DNA from: a bacterium
Lineage (GTDB): Bacteria > Desulfobacterota > DSWW01
DNA: 64,000 nucleotides
Reading direction: 5' to 3'
Assembly (NCBI GenBank): GCA_040756235.1
Contig: JBFLZG010000072.1
Span: forward strand, 1 to 64,000
Of this stretch, positions 49,196 to 57,748 are shown in pieces. Numbering within the stretch: position 1 is the stretch's first letter; every line of letters begins with the position of its first letter. The notes under the pieces are model-generated. The model was not told the DNA's origin. It worked only from the letters and a program-made list of their open reading frames with translations, and searched no databases. The translations under genes and the position numbers were made by a program.

Positions 49196-49420
49196 TCAGT
49201 CTCCGCGGAACAGGTCCCCTCTGGGATCACGGGGGGTACGCTGCATCTCCGGTCTCCCGGTGGTTGAATCTGCAGAACGGTTCTGATGACCCGAGAGGCT
49301 GTATTTCACGTTGTCCCAGCTCAAGAGCTGAGAATCATGCTGCACGAACTCGGATTTCTTCGCTGAGAGGCATCCTGAAAGAAGCAGTCCGGTGATCAGA
49401 ATGGGCAGCCATTTCTTCAT
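49196..49420 (-). CDS. Small lipoprotein
   Basis: MKKW + hydrophobic stretch + LSGC lipobox. Confidence 0.65.
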   Translation of the reverse strand: MKKWLPILITGLLLSGCLSAKKSEFVQHDSQLLSWDNVKYSLSGHQNRSADSTTGRPEMQRTPRDPRGDLFRGD

Positions 49421-49512
49421 TTCTACTTTACTCCCGCTCTCGCTGTGCTTGGATGAACGAACTTCCGCAACTGCCAGAAATGATTATCTTGCTACAAGCG
49501 GGATCGGAAGTC

Positions 49513-49534
49513 AATGAATGAGACTTCATTCATT
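49513..49534. promoter_or_regulatory. Palindromic operator (TetR/FadR-like)
   Basis: AATGAATGA-gact-TCATTCATT, overlapping a TTGACT -35 on the minus strand (49509-49514). Confidence 0.6.
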
Positions 49535-49836
49535 AGCTGCTGGCGGGCCCGGTCACGGGAGATCGTTTTCTGAGCGGCTTTCTCCGGCCACGGGTGTTTC
49601 GTCGTTCCAGCCTCTTCTGAAACCTTGGTAATAGAGCCGAAAGGGTTGTTCAACCGCCTGCGTCACACCCCGCTGAACCTGCGCCGTGCGAGCCCTACGG
49701 CCGACTGCAGCGCGAGGCTTCCGAAACGGGCCAGGAGCACGGGATGGTCCGGCCAGGCAGGCGGAGCGAGGATGTCCCTGACCAGACGGCATTCGCTCCA
49801 CTGCCCTCGCATCCCTCGCCGCATGAGGCGACCCTT

Positions 49837-49900
49837 GGAAGATTTGCGAAGCAGGCCTCGCAAATCTTCCACGAGCTCTTGCGCCGGCGCGCCTCGCAAG
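49837..49900. promoter_or_regulatory. Putative upstream activator sites
   Basis: GGAAGATTTGCGA-N8-TCGCAAATCTTCC and CTTGCG-N11-CGCAAG upstream of the sigma54 promoter. Confidence 0.5.
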
Positions 49901-49957
49901 CACGCTCCGGCGCGCCAACACCGCAGGAAAGCATGATCCTCTGGTCCTTCGGGGCCA

Positions 49958-49973
49958 TGGCACACCCGTTGCA
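49958..49973 (+). promoter_or_regulatory. Sigma54 -24/-12 promoter
   Basis: TGGCACACCCGTTGCA, exact TGGCAC-N5-TTGCA consensus. Confidence 0.85.
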
Positions 49974-50007
49974 CAGAGGTCCGAGCGAAGGCAAGAAAGG
50001 CAGGGCG

Positions 50008-50436
50008 ATGGGAACCCCGGAAAAGACGCGAAGACAACGGCACCCGCAGGACGTTTTCGAGAGGCTCCGAGAAATGGACATCCTCCTGGTGGATGACGAC
50101 AAGTGGATTCGCGACTCGGTCACGCTTCTGTTCGAGGCCGAGGGGTGCCGCTGCCGCGCCGTGGAGACCGCCGAGCAGGCGCTCGAAGAGCTCGCCGGCA
50201 AGAAGGTGGACATTGTGATCGCCGACTACAGGCTGGCGCGCATGGACGGCCTGGAGCTCCTCGGGCGCATACAGAGGTCGCACCCGAGATCCATGAAGGT
50301 GCTCGTCACGGCTTACGGCGACCGGCGCATCTGTGCGGAGGCAAGGAGACTCGGCGTGCGGGAGGTGCTCGAAAAGCCGCTGACCGCCGAAGCGCTCCGC
50401 AGCTCGCTCGAAAGGCTCGTGGATATCGCCGCATGA
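50008..50436 (+). CDS. Single-domain response regulator (receiver)
   Basis: ILLVDDD, VIADYRL..MDG, VTAYG, LEKP; start placed downstream of the sigma54 promoter. Confidence 0.85.
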   Translation: MGTPEKTRRQRHPQDVFERLREMDILLVDDDKWIRDSVTLLFEAEGCRCRAVETAEQALEELAGKKVDIVIADYRLARMDGLELLGRIQRSHPRSMKVLVTAYGDRRICAEARRLGVREVLEKPLTAEALRSSLERLVDIAA

Positions 50437-50495
50437 CCGGTTCCACAGGAAATCTCGGCTCGAAGGAGCGAAAAGCCGAGATGAGGAGAACCCAG

Positions 50496-52892
50496 ATGAA
50501 AACTTGCTTGATCCGAATCGACATGAAGACCCGGGCGATCCGGACGGAGGTACCGGGCGCGTACGCCTGCCACGGCGGCCGCGGGCTGACCTCGACGGTC
50601 GTCTCCAGAGAGGTTCCGCCCACGTGCCACCCCCTGGGCGAGAAGAACAAGCTCGTCTTCGCCCCCGGCCTGCTGTCCGGGACCTCTGCGGCCAACTCGG
50701 GCAGGCTCTCGGTGGGCGCCAAGAGCCCGCTCACGGGCACGATCAAGGAGAGCAACGCGGGCGGCACGGCATCGGCAAAGCTCGCCCGGCTCGGCGTGCA
50801 CGGCATCGTCGTGGAGGGCCAGCCGGAGAAGGGGAGGCTCTTCTATCTGCTGATTCGCAGGGACGGGGCCGAGCTCCTGAGCGCCGAAGCGTACCGGGGA
50901 CTGAAGAACTATGACCTGGTGGCCAAGCTGCAGGAGAACCACGGGCCGAAGGTGGCCGTCATCTCGATCGGACCCGCCGGCGAGAGGATGATGTCCGCGG
51001 CCTCGATCGCGGTCACGGACACCGAGGGCCGGCCGTGCCGGCACGCGGGACGCGGTGGTCTGGGAGCGGTCATGGGGTCCAAGGGCCTGAAGGCGATCGT
51101 GATCGACGACAGCGGCGCTCCCGGCGTCGCGTACGCCGATCCTGTCGCTTTCAAGACGGCGGCCGCCGCCTTCCGGGATGCCCTGAAATCGCACGCCGTG
51201 ACCAAGGCCGGCACCGGAGGGCTTGCGACCTACGGCACGAACGTGCTCGTCAACCTGATCAACGAGGCCGGCGGTCTGCCGACCCGCAACTTCAGCGAAG
51301 GAAGGTTCGAAGGAGCGGAGAAGATCAGCGGCGAGAGGATCCACGACGTCATCGAGCAAAGAGGGGGCAAGCACGGCCACTCCGGCTGCACGAACTGCAT
51401 CATCCAGTGCTCGAACGTCTACATGGACGAACATCGCAACTACGTGACCTCGGCCCTCGAGTACGAGACGGTCTGGGCCAACGGGGCCAACTGCGGGATC
51501 GACGATCTGGACGCCATCGCGCGCATCGACCGGCTCTGCGACGATCTCGGCCTCGACACGGTCGAGGTGGGCTGCGCCGTCGGCATCGCCATGGCGGCCG
51601 GAGTCAAGGAGTTCGGGGACGCTGCCGGAGCGATCGAACTGGTCGAGGAGATCGGACGCGCCACTCCCCTGGGGCGCATCCTGGGGAACGGGGCAGCAGT
51701 GACCGGCCAGGCCTTCGGGGTCACCGAGGTGCCGGTCGTAAAGCGCCAGAGCCTGCCCGCCTACGATCCGCGGGCGATCAAGGGGATCGGGGTCACCTAC
51801 GCGACCAGCACGATGGGCGCGGACCACACGATCGGCTACGCCATCACCAGCAACATCCTGGGCGTCGGCGGAAGGGTCGATCCCCTCGATCCGAAGGGGC
51901 AGGTCGAGCTTTCCCGGAAGCTCCAGGTCGCCACGGCCGTGCTCGACTCGGCAGGCCTGTGCATCTTCACGGCGTTCGCGATCCTCGACATCCCCGAGGG
52001 GTTCGCCGCCGTCCCGGAGATGATCAACGCCCGCTGCGGGACGCGCTTCACGGCCGAAGCCCTGATGAGGTACGGCCAGGAGGTCCTCCTTGCAGAGAGG
52101 CGGTTCAACGCCGGAGCCGGCTTCACGAAGCTCGACGACCGGCTGCCGGAATTCTTCAGGGAGAAAAGGCTGGCACCCCACGGGACCGTCTTCGACATCC
52201 CGGACGAGGAGCTCGATCGGCTGTTCGATTTCGAGACGCCTCTTTCCCCGGCGAAGCCCAGGCAGCCCGAGCGCAGGGTGAACGGGAACCATCGGCCGGC
52301 GGTCATCACGATCTCCAGGGAGTACGGCTGCGACGGCTCGGAGGTGGCAAGACGGCTTTGCCGCGACCTCGGGTACGACTTCCTCGATCGCGAGATCGCC
52401 GAGCGGATTTCCAGGAGCGCCCACGTGCCCAGGAGCACGGTGGAAAGTGTGGACGAAGACGGGCTCACCGCATCGGTGGACATGACCGGCGGGACCGAAG
52501 ATGCCCGCCATCCATGGTCTTACGAATATCTCCGTCACCTGACGAAGGTGATATCGGACATAGGGAAGAACGGCCACTCGGTGATCGTCGGCCGAGGGGC
52601 CCATTACATCCTGCCGCGCAAGGACACGTTCAAGGTCCGGCTCATTGCGCCTCCCGCGGTGAGGGCCCGGCGAGTCGCGCAGGAGACCGGGGTTCCCCTG
52701 GACGAGGCCAAGCGGCTCGTCGCACGGATCGACGCGGAACGTGAAGACTTCGTGAAGAAGTATTTCAACGCGGACTGGAACGATCCGGACCTCTATGACC
52801 TGGTCCTCAACATGGAAAACATGGATGCAAAGGCTGCGGCGGAAGCGATCCTCGCCGCTGCCCACCGCAACGAAAAGAGCATGGAGAATTGA
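50496..52892 (+). CDS. aor: Aldehyde:ferredoxin oxidoreductase (W/Mo-bispterin) fused to a C-terminal cytidylate-kinase-like domain
   Basis: KSPLTG.IKESNAGG, IGPAGE, AGRGG.GAVMGSK.LKAI, C..CIIQC, EYET, CDDLGLD, AYDPR, DSAGLC; then ITISREYG..G, VIVGRGA, YDLVLN. Confidence 0.88.
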   Translation: MKTCLIRIDMKTRAIRTEVPGAYACHGGRGLTSTVVSREVPPTCHPLGEKNKLVFAPGLLSGTSAANSGRLSVGAKSPLTGTIKESNAGGTASAKLARLGVHGIVVEGQPEKGRLFYLLIRRDGAELLSAEAYRGLKNYDLVAKLQENHGPKVAVISIGPAGERMMSAASIAVTDTEGRPCRHAGRGGLGAVMGSKGLKAIVIDDSGAPGVAYADPVAFKTAAAAFRDALKSHAVTKAGTGGLATYGTNVLVNLINEAGGLPTRNFSEGRFEGAEKISGERIHDVIEQRGGKHGHSGCTNCIIQCSNVYMDEHRNYVTSALEYETVWANGANCGIDDLDAIARIDRLCDDLGLDTVEVGCAVGIAMAAGVKEFGDAAGAIELVEEIGRATPLGRILGNGAAVTGQAFGVTEVPVVKRQSLPAYDPRAIKGIGVTYATSTMGADHTIGYAITSNILGVGGRVDPLDPKGQVELSRKLQVATAVLDSAGLCIFTAFAILDIPEGFAAVPEMINARCGTRFTAEALMRYGQEVLLAERRFNAGAGFTKLDDRLPEFFREKRLAPHGTVFDIPDEELDRLFDFETPLSPAKPRQPERRVNGNHRPAVITISREYGCDGSEVARRLCRDLGYDFLDREIAERISRSAHVPRSTVESVDEDGLTASVDMTGGTEDARHPWSYEYLRHLTKVISDIGKNGHSVIVGRGAHYILPRKDTFKVRLIAPPAVRARRVAQETGVPLDEAKRLVARIDAEREDFVKKYFNADWNDPDLYDLVLNMENMDAKAAAEAILAAAHRNEKSMEN

Positions 52893-52932
52893 TCTGTAGT
52901 GTCCCTAACCTTCGACACAAGGAGAGAAGACC

Positions 52933-53142
52933 ATGATTCCCGAGCCAAGCGTCCCCTTCTACGGCGTGCTGAGCGTCTACATTCCGCTGGTGCTCGTTGC
53001 TTACCTGGCCGTGTTTCTCTCCCTGAGCGCGATGGTGCGCTGCCTGACCGGGCTGGCCGCCATCCTGCACCGCCAGGGACGCGACCGGCGCGGCCCGCGG
53101 AGCGTGCGCGTCACCCCGGAGCCCGAGACGGCCGCGGCCTGA
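52933..53142 (+). CDS. Small membrane protein
   Basis: AGGAGAG RBS, long hydrophobic segment. Confidence 0.5.
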   Translation: MIPEPSVPFYGVLSVYIPLVLVAYLAVFLSLSAMVRCLTGLAAILHRQGRDRRGPRSVRVTPEPETAAA

Positions 53143-53285
53143 ACCGGGGCGGCTCGAAGGCGTGAGCAGGACCTCCGACCGATGAACGGAACGCGGGATC
53201 GCGGCATCCGACCCTTGCGGGCGGGATCCGCCCCCGCGGCCCTTCCTCTCAGCCGGCGGCCGAGGATGCGCGCCGCCCCCCCAGC

Positions 53286-54857
53286 CTACTTCTTCCAGTA
53301 GGGCGCTCTCAGCTCGTTCTTCAGGACCTTGCCGATCTGGTTCTTCGGCAGCTCGTCCCGGAGCTCCACCCGGGATATCCGCTGGTTCTTGCCGAGGCGG
53401 CGGTTCACCCACTCCAGGAGGCTCTCGGCGGTCTCCTCGGCTTCCGGGTCCACCACCACGAAGGCGAGCGGCGTCTCTCCCCACCGGTCGCTCGGCACCC
53501 CGATCACGGCCGCTTCGCGCACGGCCTCGTGCTTCAGCAGCTCGTTTTCGAGATCCACCGCGAAGACATTGAAGCCGCCCGAGATGATCATGTCCCGCTT
53601 GCGGCCGGAGACATAGAGGAAGCCGTCCTCGTCCATTCTGCCCAGGTCGCCGCTGCGCACGAAGGCGCGTTCGTCCGCATCGAACCAGAGGATGTCGCGG
53701 GTCTCCCGGTCGCGGTTGTGATATCCGCTCATCATGACCTGGTTTCTGCCCACGATCTCGCCGGTCTGGCCGCGGGGCAGCTCACGGCCGTCGTCGTCGA
53801 TGACCTTGATCTCGCACCCCGGCACCGGAATTCCGACCGAGTCCAGTTTGTCCGGGAACTGCGAGGCAATCAGCACGGTGCCGACCCCCCCTTCCGTCAG
53901 GCCGTAGAACTCGACCAGCTGGCCCGGAATCTTCTCGAGGATCCTCCTCTTCGTGTCAGGGTGGAGAGGGGCGCTGGTCGAGTACTTCATGAGCATGGAG
54001 GAGAGATCCGTGGTCTCGAGATCCTTGGCGCGCAGGATCCGCTCGTACTGGACCGGCACCAGCATGGCCAGCGTCACCTTCTCCGCCTCGCACAGCCTCA
54101 GGAACTCGCGTACATCGAACTTGTCCATGAGCACGGTCGTGGTGGCGCAGCACATCGAGGGCAGCCACGTGACCATGGTCGTGTGCGAGTAGAAGGGCGT
54201 GGAGATGATGTTCACCATGCCGGGCATGGCAAAGATCGGATTGAAGTTCTCGACAAAGGCACACCGGTTGCCGTGGCTGTGGCGGATCCCCTTCGGCACC
54301 CCCGTGGTACCCGAGCTGTAGATGATGTGGAACTCGTCGCCGGGCTCGATCTCGACGCCGCGGGGCGGCTCCGCGGGCGCATCTCCGATCCACGCCTCGT
54401 AGGCCTGCCAGGACGCATGCTCGAAGTCGAGCCCGACCTTCACGCCGTCCCGCAAGGAGGCGATCTCGTCGACAAAGGGCTCGATCGTGCCGGCGAGCTC
54501 GGAGGACACGAAGAGCACGGCCGGTGCGGCGTCCTTGAGCATGGCCTTGAAGGCCTCGGCGCCCGCCATGGTGGGAAGGGGCACGGCGCAGGCGCCGGCG
54601 ACGAGGGTGCCGAAATAGGCTTCCACGTATTCGATCGAGTTCCGGGACAGGATGGCGGCGCGGCTCCCTTTTCCCAGACCGCCCGCAAGCAGCCGGTTCG
54701 CCACCCGGTAGACCCGAGACCCGAGCTCTCCCCATTTCACCCGGCGTTCCTTGAAGATGAACGCGACCTGATCGGCGCGTTCCTCGACCGCTCTTCGAAA
54801 CTGCGAAGGGATGTCCGCTCCCTTCTCGAACCCGGCTTCGGCCGCCCCTGTCTCCAT
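53286..54857 (-). CDS. Class I adenylate-forming enzyme (acyl-CoA ligase)
   Basis: YSSGTTGVPKG, FYGLTEG, SGDLG, GRKRDMIISGG.NV, LPKN.IGKVLK. Confidence 0.92.
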   Translation of the reverse strand: METGAAEAGFEKGADIPSQFRRAVEERADQVAFIFKERRVKWGELGSRVYRVANRLLAGGLGKGSRAAILSRNSIEYVEAYFGTLVAGACAVPLPTMAGAEAFKAMLKDAAPAVLFVSSELAGTIEPFVDEIASLRDGVKVGLDFEHASWQAYEAWIGDAPAEPPRGVEIEPGDEFHIIYSSGTTGVPKGIRHSHGNRCAFVENFNPIFAMPGMVNIISTPFYSHTTMVTWLPSMCCATTTVLMDKFDVREFLRLCEAEKVTLAMLVPVQYERILRAKDLETTDLSSMLMKYSTSAPLHPDTKRRILEKIPGQLVEFYGLTEGGVGTVLIASQFPDKLDSVGIPVPGCEIKVIDDDGRELPRGQTGEIVGRNQVMMSGYHNRDRETRDILWFDADERAFVRSGDLGRMDEDGFLYVSGRKRDMIISGGFNVFAVDLENELLKHEAVREAAVIGVPSDRWGETPLAFVVVDPEAEETAESLLEWVNRRLGKNQRISRVELRDELPKNQIGKVLKNELRAPYWKK

Positions 54858-55157
54858 CGGACTCGACCCTCCCTGCCCGCCTGATGTCCCGACTCCAACA
54901 CGCCCCTCCCGTCTCGACCGGGCATCTTTCTTCAACGGCGCCGCGAAGTCAAAGGGGGTTCATCGGGATGGGACACCGCCCGCAAGGAGGAGCGCGTCCT
55001 TCTGTTTCTGAGGCGGGAAGGGACGTTAGCCGCGAGCCGGTCCATCCGGAACCAGGCCAGGATCTCGTGGAAAGGCCGCGACCGGAGCCCCTTGGCCGAA
55101 AGTCATGGACTCAACTTGACGCAGGCGCCTGCATGGAAGTGAAAAGGGCTGCCCCGC

Positions 55158-56054
55158 TCACTCAACCCCACCTTTCCCACCATGGTGTCGGTCCCCTTTC
55201 TTCGCTTCGGCCTGAAGACGACGGCGCTCTTCTCCCTCGCGGGCGAGTGCTTCGCGGTTACTGTCGTCGACCCGCATGAAGGAGTCGCGCCACTCGTCGC
55301 TGCCCCAGCGGAACGGGGTCTGGACCGTGGTGCGGGGCATCCAGGCCCTCTCCAGCAGATCCAGGGCAATTCCCACAATCGAGCGCTGCATGGCGGCGTC
55401 CCAGGGTTTGCCGCAGGGGTTTCCCAGAGGAAAGTCGCTGAACACGAAGCGGGCGACGCCGCATTCCTCGACGACGTCACGTGCCGAGCCCAGGATCACG
55501 CTGGGAATGCCGTTCTCTTCGAGGTGTCGCGCGACCAGACTCACGGTCTGATGACAGACCGGTCAGAGTGCCGAAAGGAGCATGGCGTCGACACGGTCCT
55601 CACGGGCCCACTCCAGGATCTTTGGGGTGTGAAGACGGCATGTACGGCCCTGGCTGTACTCGGTGGGGACCCCGTAAAAGCGTGGGGAGACCGACTCGAT
55701 GCGGCCGCCGGCCGCGTATTCGGACAGACGGTTCAGCGGCAGGAAGCTAGCGACATCGTCCGTGTGGGTGGCCGCTTTGTCCCAGAACAGGTGGCCCGTG
55801 AACATGCGCAAGGGAGCCGGTCTTGCCGCCATGGCGTACAAGTCCAGGGTCTGCGGCAGGCCCTGTGCTGCCGGTCTACCTGCGGTGGTCACCAGCCCTA
55901 TGCGGCACTCGGACAGCGGCTTCTCGAGAGGGGCGAACGGGACGTCCTGATGGTGCGCCCAGCCGTACGGCTGCGAGTACCCTTGGGCGGCGTAGTACTC
56001 CCTGCTGCGATCGATGTAGCTCACGAAAGACCGGTATGGCCGCCGCTGATTCAT
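55158..56054 (-). CDS. Glycine/proline reductase selenoprotein B (GrdB/PrdB)-like protein, Sec at 55563-55565
   Basis: Two in-frame ORFs joined by TGA: LLSAL-U-PVCHQTVSLVARHLEENGIP; PF.PL.KPLSE.RIGLVTTAG, D....LPL.RL, DFPLGNPCG. Confidence 0.85.
55525..55562 (-). promoter_or_regulatory. Candidate bacterial SECIS element
   Basis: After UGA: 12 nt then CAGAC-CGTGA-GTCTG hairpin with G in the loop. Confidence 0.55.
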
Positions 56055-56332
56055 GGGAAACTCCTGTCTCTGATCGCCCTTGAGCTGAGGCTCCCGTGTT
56101 CTCAGGCATCTTCGGACGCTGACGCGTATGGAATGCTCTGTTCGGGTCAAACAGAATATGAGGAAGGTGGGGGACAAGCAAGACAGCCCGCCCGCTCCAT
56201 GAATCCATGCGCATACCATGCGCATACTGTCAGTATACACTTTCTTTCTTTTTTCCTTTACCCGACCGACCGCCGGGAAATAGGATTTAGTTAATCACCC
56301 CAGCAGGTTTATCCAACAGGGCAGGGCCGGAG

Positions 56333-57196
56333 ATGCCTCAGAGAAACGTCAGGGAAAAAAGGAAAGAGGTCGTTATCTTTGAATACGACAATTACAGGAC
56401 CTACCTGAAGGATCTTTACGCGTACCTGAAGGAGAACAAGCCGCACTTTTCTTACAGGTATTTCTCCAGCAAGGCCGGGTTCCGCTCCCCGAATCTCCTC
56501 AAGCTCGTCATCGAGGGCAAGAGGAATCTTTCCCCGGAAAGCATCGGGAAGTTCATCCATGCCCTGAAGCTCAACAAGACCGAAGGAGAGTTCTTTCGAA
56601 CCGTCGTGCACTTGAATCAGGCCCGGACTGCCGACGAGAAGCGATTCTATGCCGAGCAGCTCATGCGCTTTCGGCCCTTCCGCTACATCCATCCTATTCG
56701 GAAGGACCAGTACGAATACTATTCCCAATGGTACAACTTGCCCATCCGGGAGCTCTTGTCCCTTCCGGCGTTCTCTGAGGATCCGGATTGGGTGGCCAAG
56801 ATCCTGGTACCACCGATATCGCCTCAGCAGGCGAGAAGGGCACTCGAGCTCCTCCTGGCGTTGGGTCTCATCCGGCATGACGAATCCGGCAGAGTCGTGC
56901 AGACAGATGCCTTCATCACGACCGGAGACGAGGTCACCTCCGCCTCGGTCACCCTCTACCACAGGGAAATGCTGCGAAGAGCGTCAGAGGCGATTGACAG
57001 CTTTCCGCCCCAGCAGAGAGACATCTCATCGCTCACCCTTGCCCTCTCTGAGAAGAATTTCAAGCACATCAAGCAACTCATCCAGAAATTCCGCAAGGAG
57101 CTCCTCGCGATCGCAAATCAGGACCCGTCCCCGGAAGCAGTGTTCCAGGTGAACTTTCAGCTGTTTCCGCTGACCAGGATTATCCGGAAGGAGTAG
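56333..57196 (+). CDS. TIGR02147 (DUF4423) family putative DNA-binding protein
   Basis: IFEY.NYR.YLKD.Y, FSYR.F..KAGF.SP, VI.GKRNLS, YY..WY...IRE, RDISSLT, VFQVNFQLFPL. Confidence 0.85.
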   Translation: MPQRNVREKRKEVVIFEYDNYRTYLKDLYAYLKENKPHFSYRYFSSKAGFRSPNLLKLVIEGKRNLSPESIGKFIHALKLNKTEGEFFRTVVHLNQARTADEKRFYAEQLMRFRPFRYIHPIRKDQYEYYSQWYNLPIRELLSLPAFSEDPDWVAKILVPPISPQQARRALELLLALGLIRHDESGRVVQTDAFITTGDEVTSASVTLYHREMLRRASEAIDSFPPQQRDISSLTLALSEKNFKHIKQLIQKFRKELLAIANQDPSPEAVFQVNFQLFPLTRIIRKE

Positions 57197-57200
57197 AGGG

Positions 57201-57689
57201 ATGAAGAGGCCTTTCCTTCATAGAGTGTGCTCCCTTCTGATCCTCCTGGCCTTCCTTCGTCTTGCGGGCTGCGGAGGGACGGAGACCGGCAACCCCGGCC
57301 CCTCGAAACCCGGCCAGGATAGCGAGCCGTCAGAAAACGCCGCCGTCAGCCTGATGGACGCCATCTGCGACCGGCTGACCTCTTGCCTCGAAGGCGTGAC
57401 GGAAACCGAGTGCCGCACCTCGATCAGCGTCAGCACGACTCTCGGCGCGGCCTTCGGCGTCCCCTCCCAGGATTTCGCCGCATACATCGACATCGTAGCT
57501 GCCGTCGATGAAGGTATGCTCGGGGCAGACCCCGGCGAGCTGAGTCTGTGTCTGAGCTCGCTCCGTGAGGTCAGCTGTGACGACGAGCGACTTCAAGCTG
57601 TCGAGGTCGCCGAGCCTTTCATCGTGAATATCGAACAGATGATTCCGGACCAAGGCTGCCCGGCGGTCTTTTCAGAGTCGCCGCCTTGA
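57201..57689 (+). CDS. Cys-rich lipoprotein with GTETGNP motif
   Basis: Lipobox LAGC then GGTETGNP; six further Cys. Confidence 0.7.
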   Translation: MKRPFLHRVCSLLILLAFLRLAGCGGTETGNPGPSKPGQDSEPSENAAVSLMDAICDRLTSCLEGVTETECRTSISVSTTLGAAFGVPSQDFAAYIDIVAAVDEGMLGADPGELSLCLSSLREVSCDDERLQAVEVAEPFIVNIEQMIPDQGCPAVFSESPP

Positions 57690-57748
57690 CAGAGGACTGG
57701 ACAGGGCGAGGTGCCCTGACCACTCTCTTACTGCAGGAGGACAAAGCC

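Noticed and set aside
49744..50007. N-terminal extension of the receiver protein
   Set aside because: It overlaps the UAS and the sigma54 promoter; the true start is likely 50008
55563..55565. Nonsense mutation making a pseudogene
   Set aside because: TGA falls at the UxxC catalytic position with a SECIS-like hairpin, favouring selenocysteine
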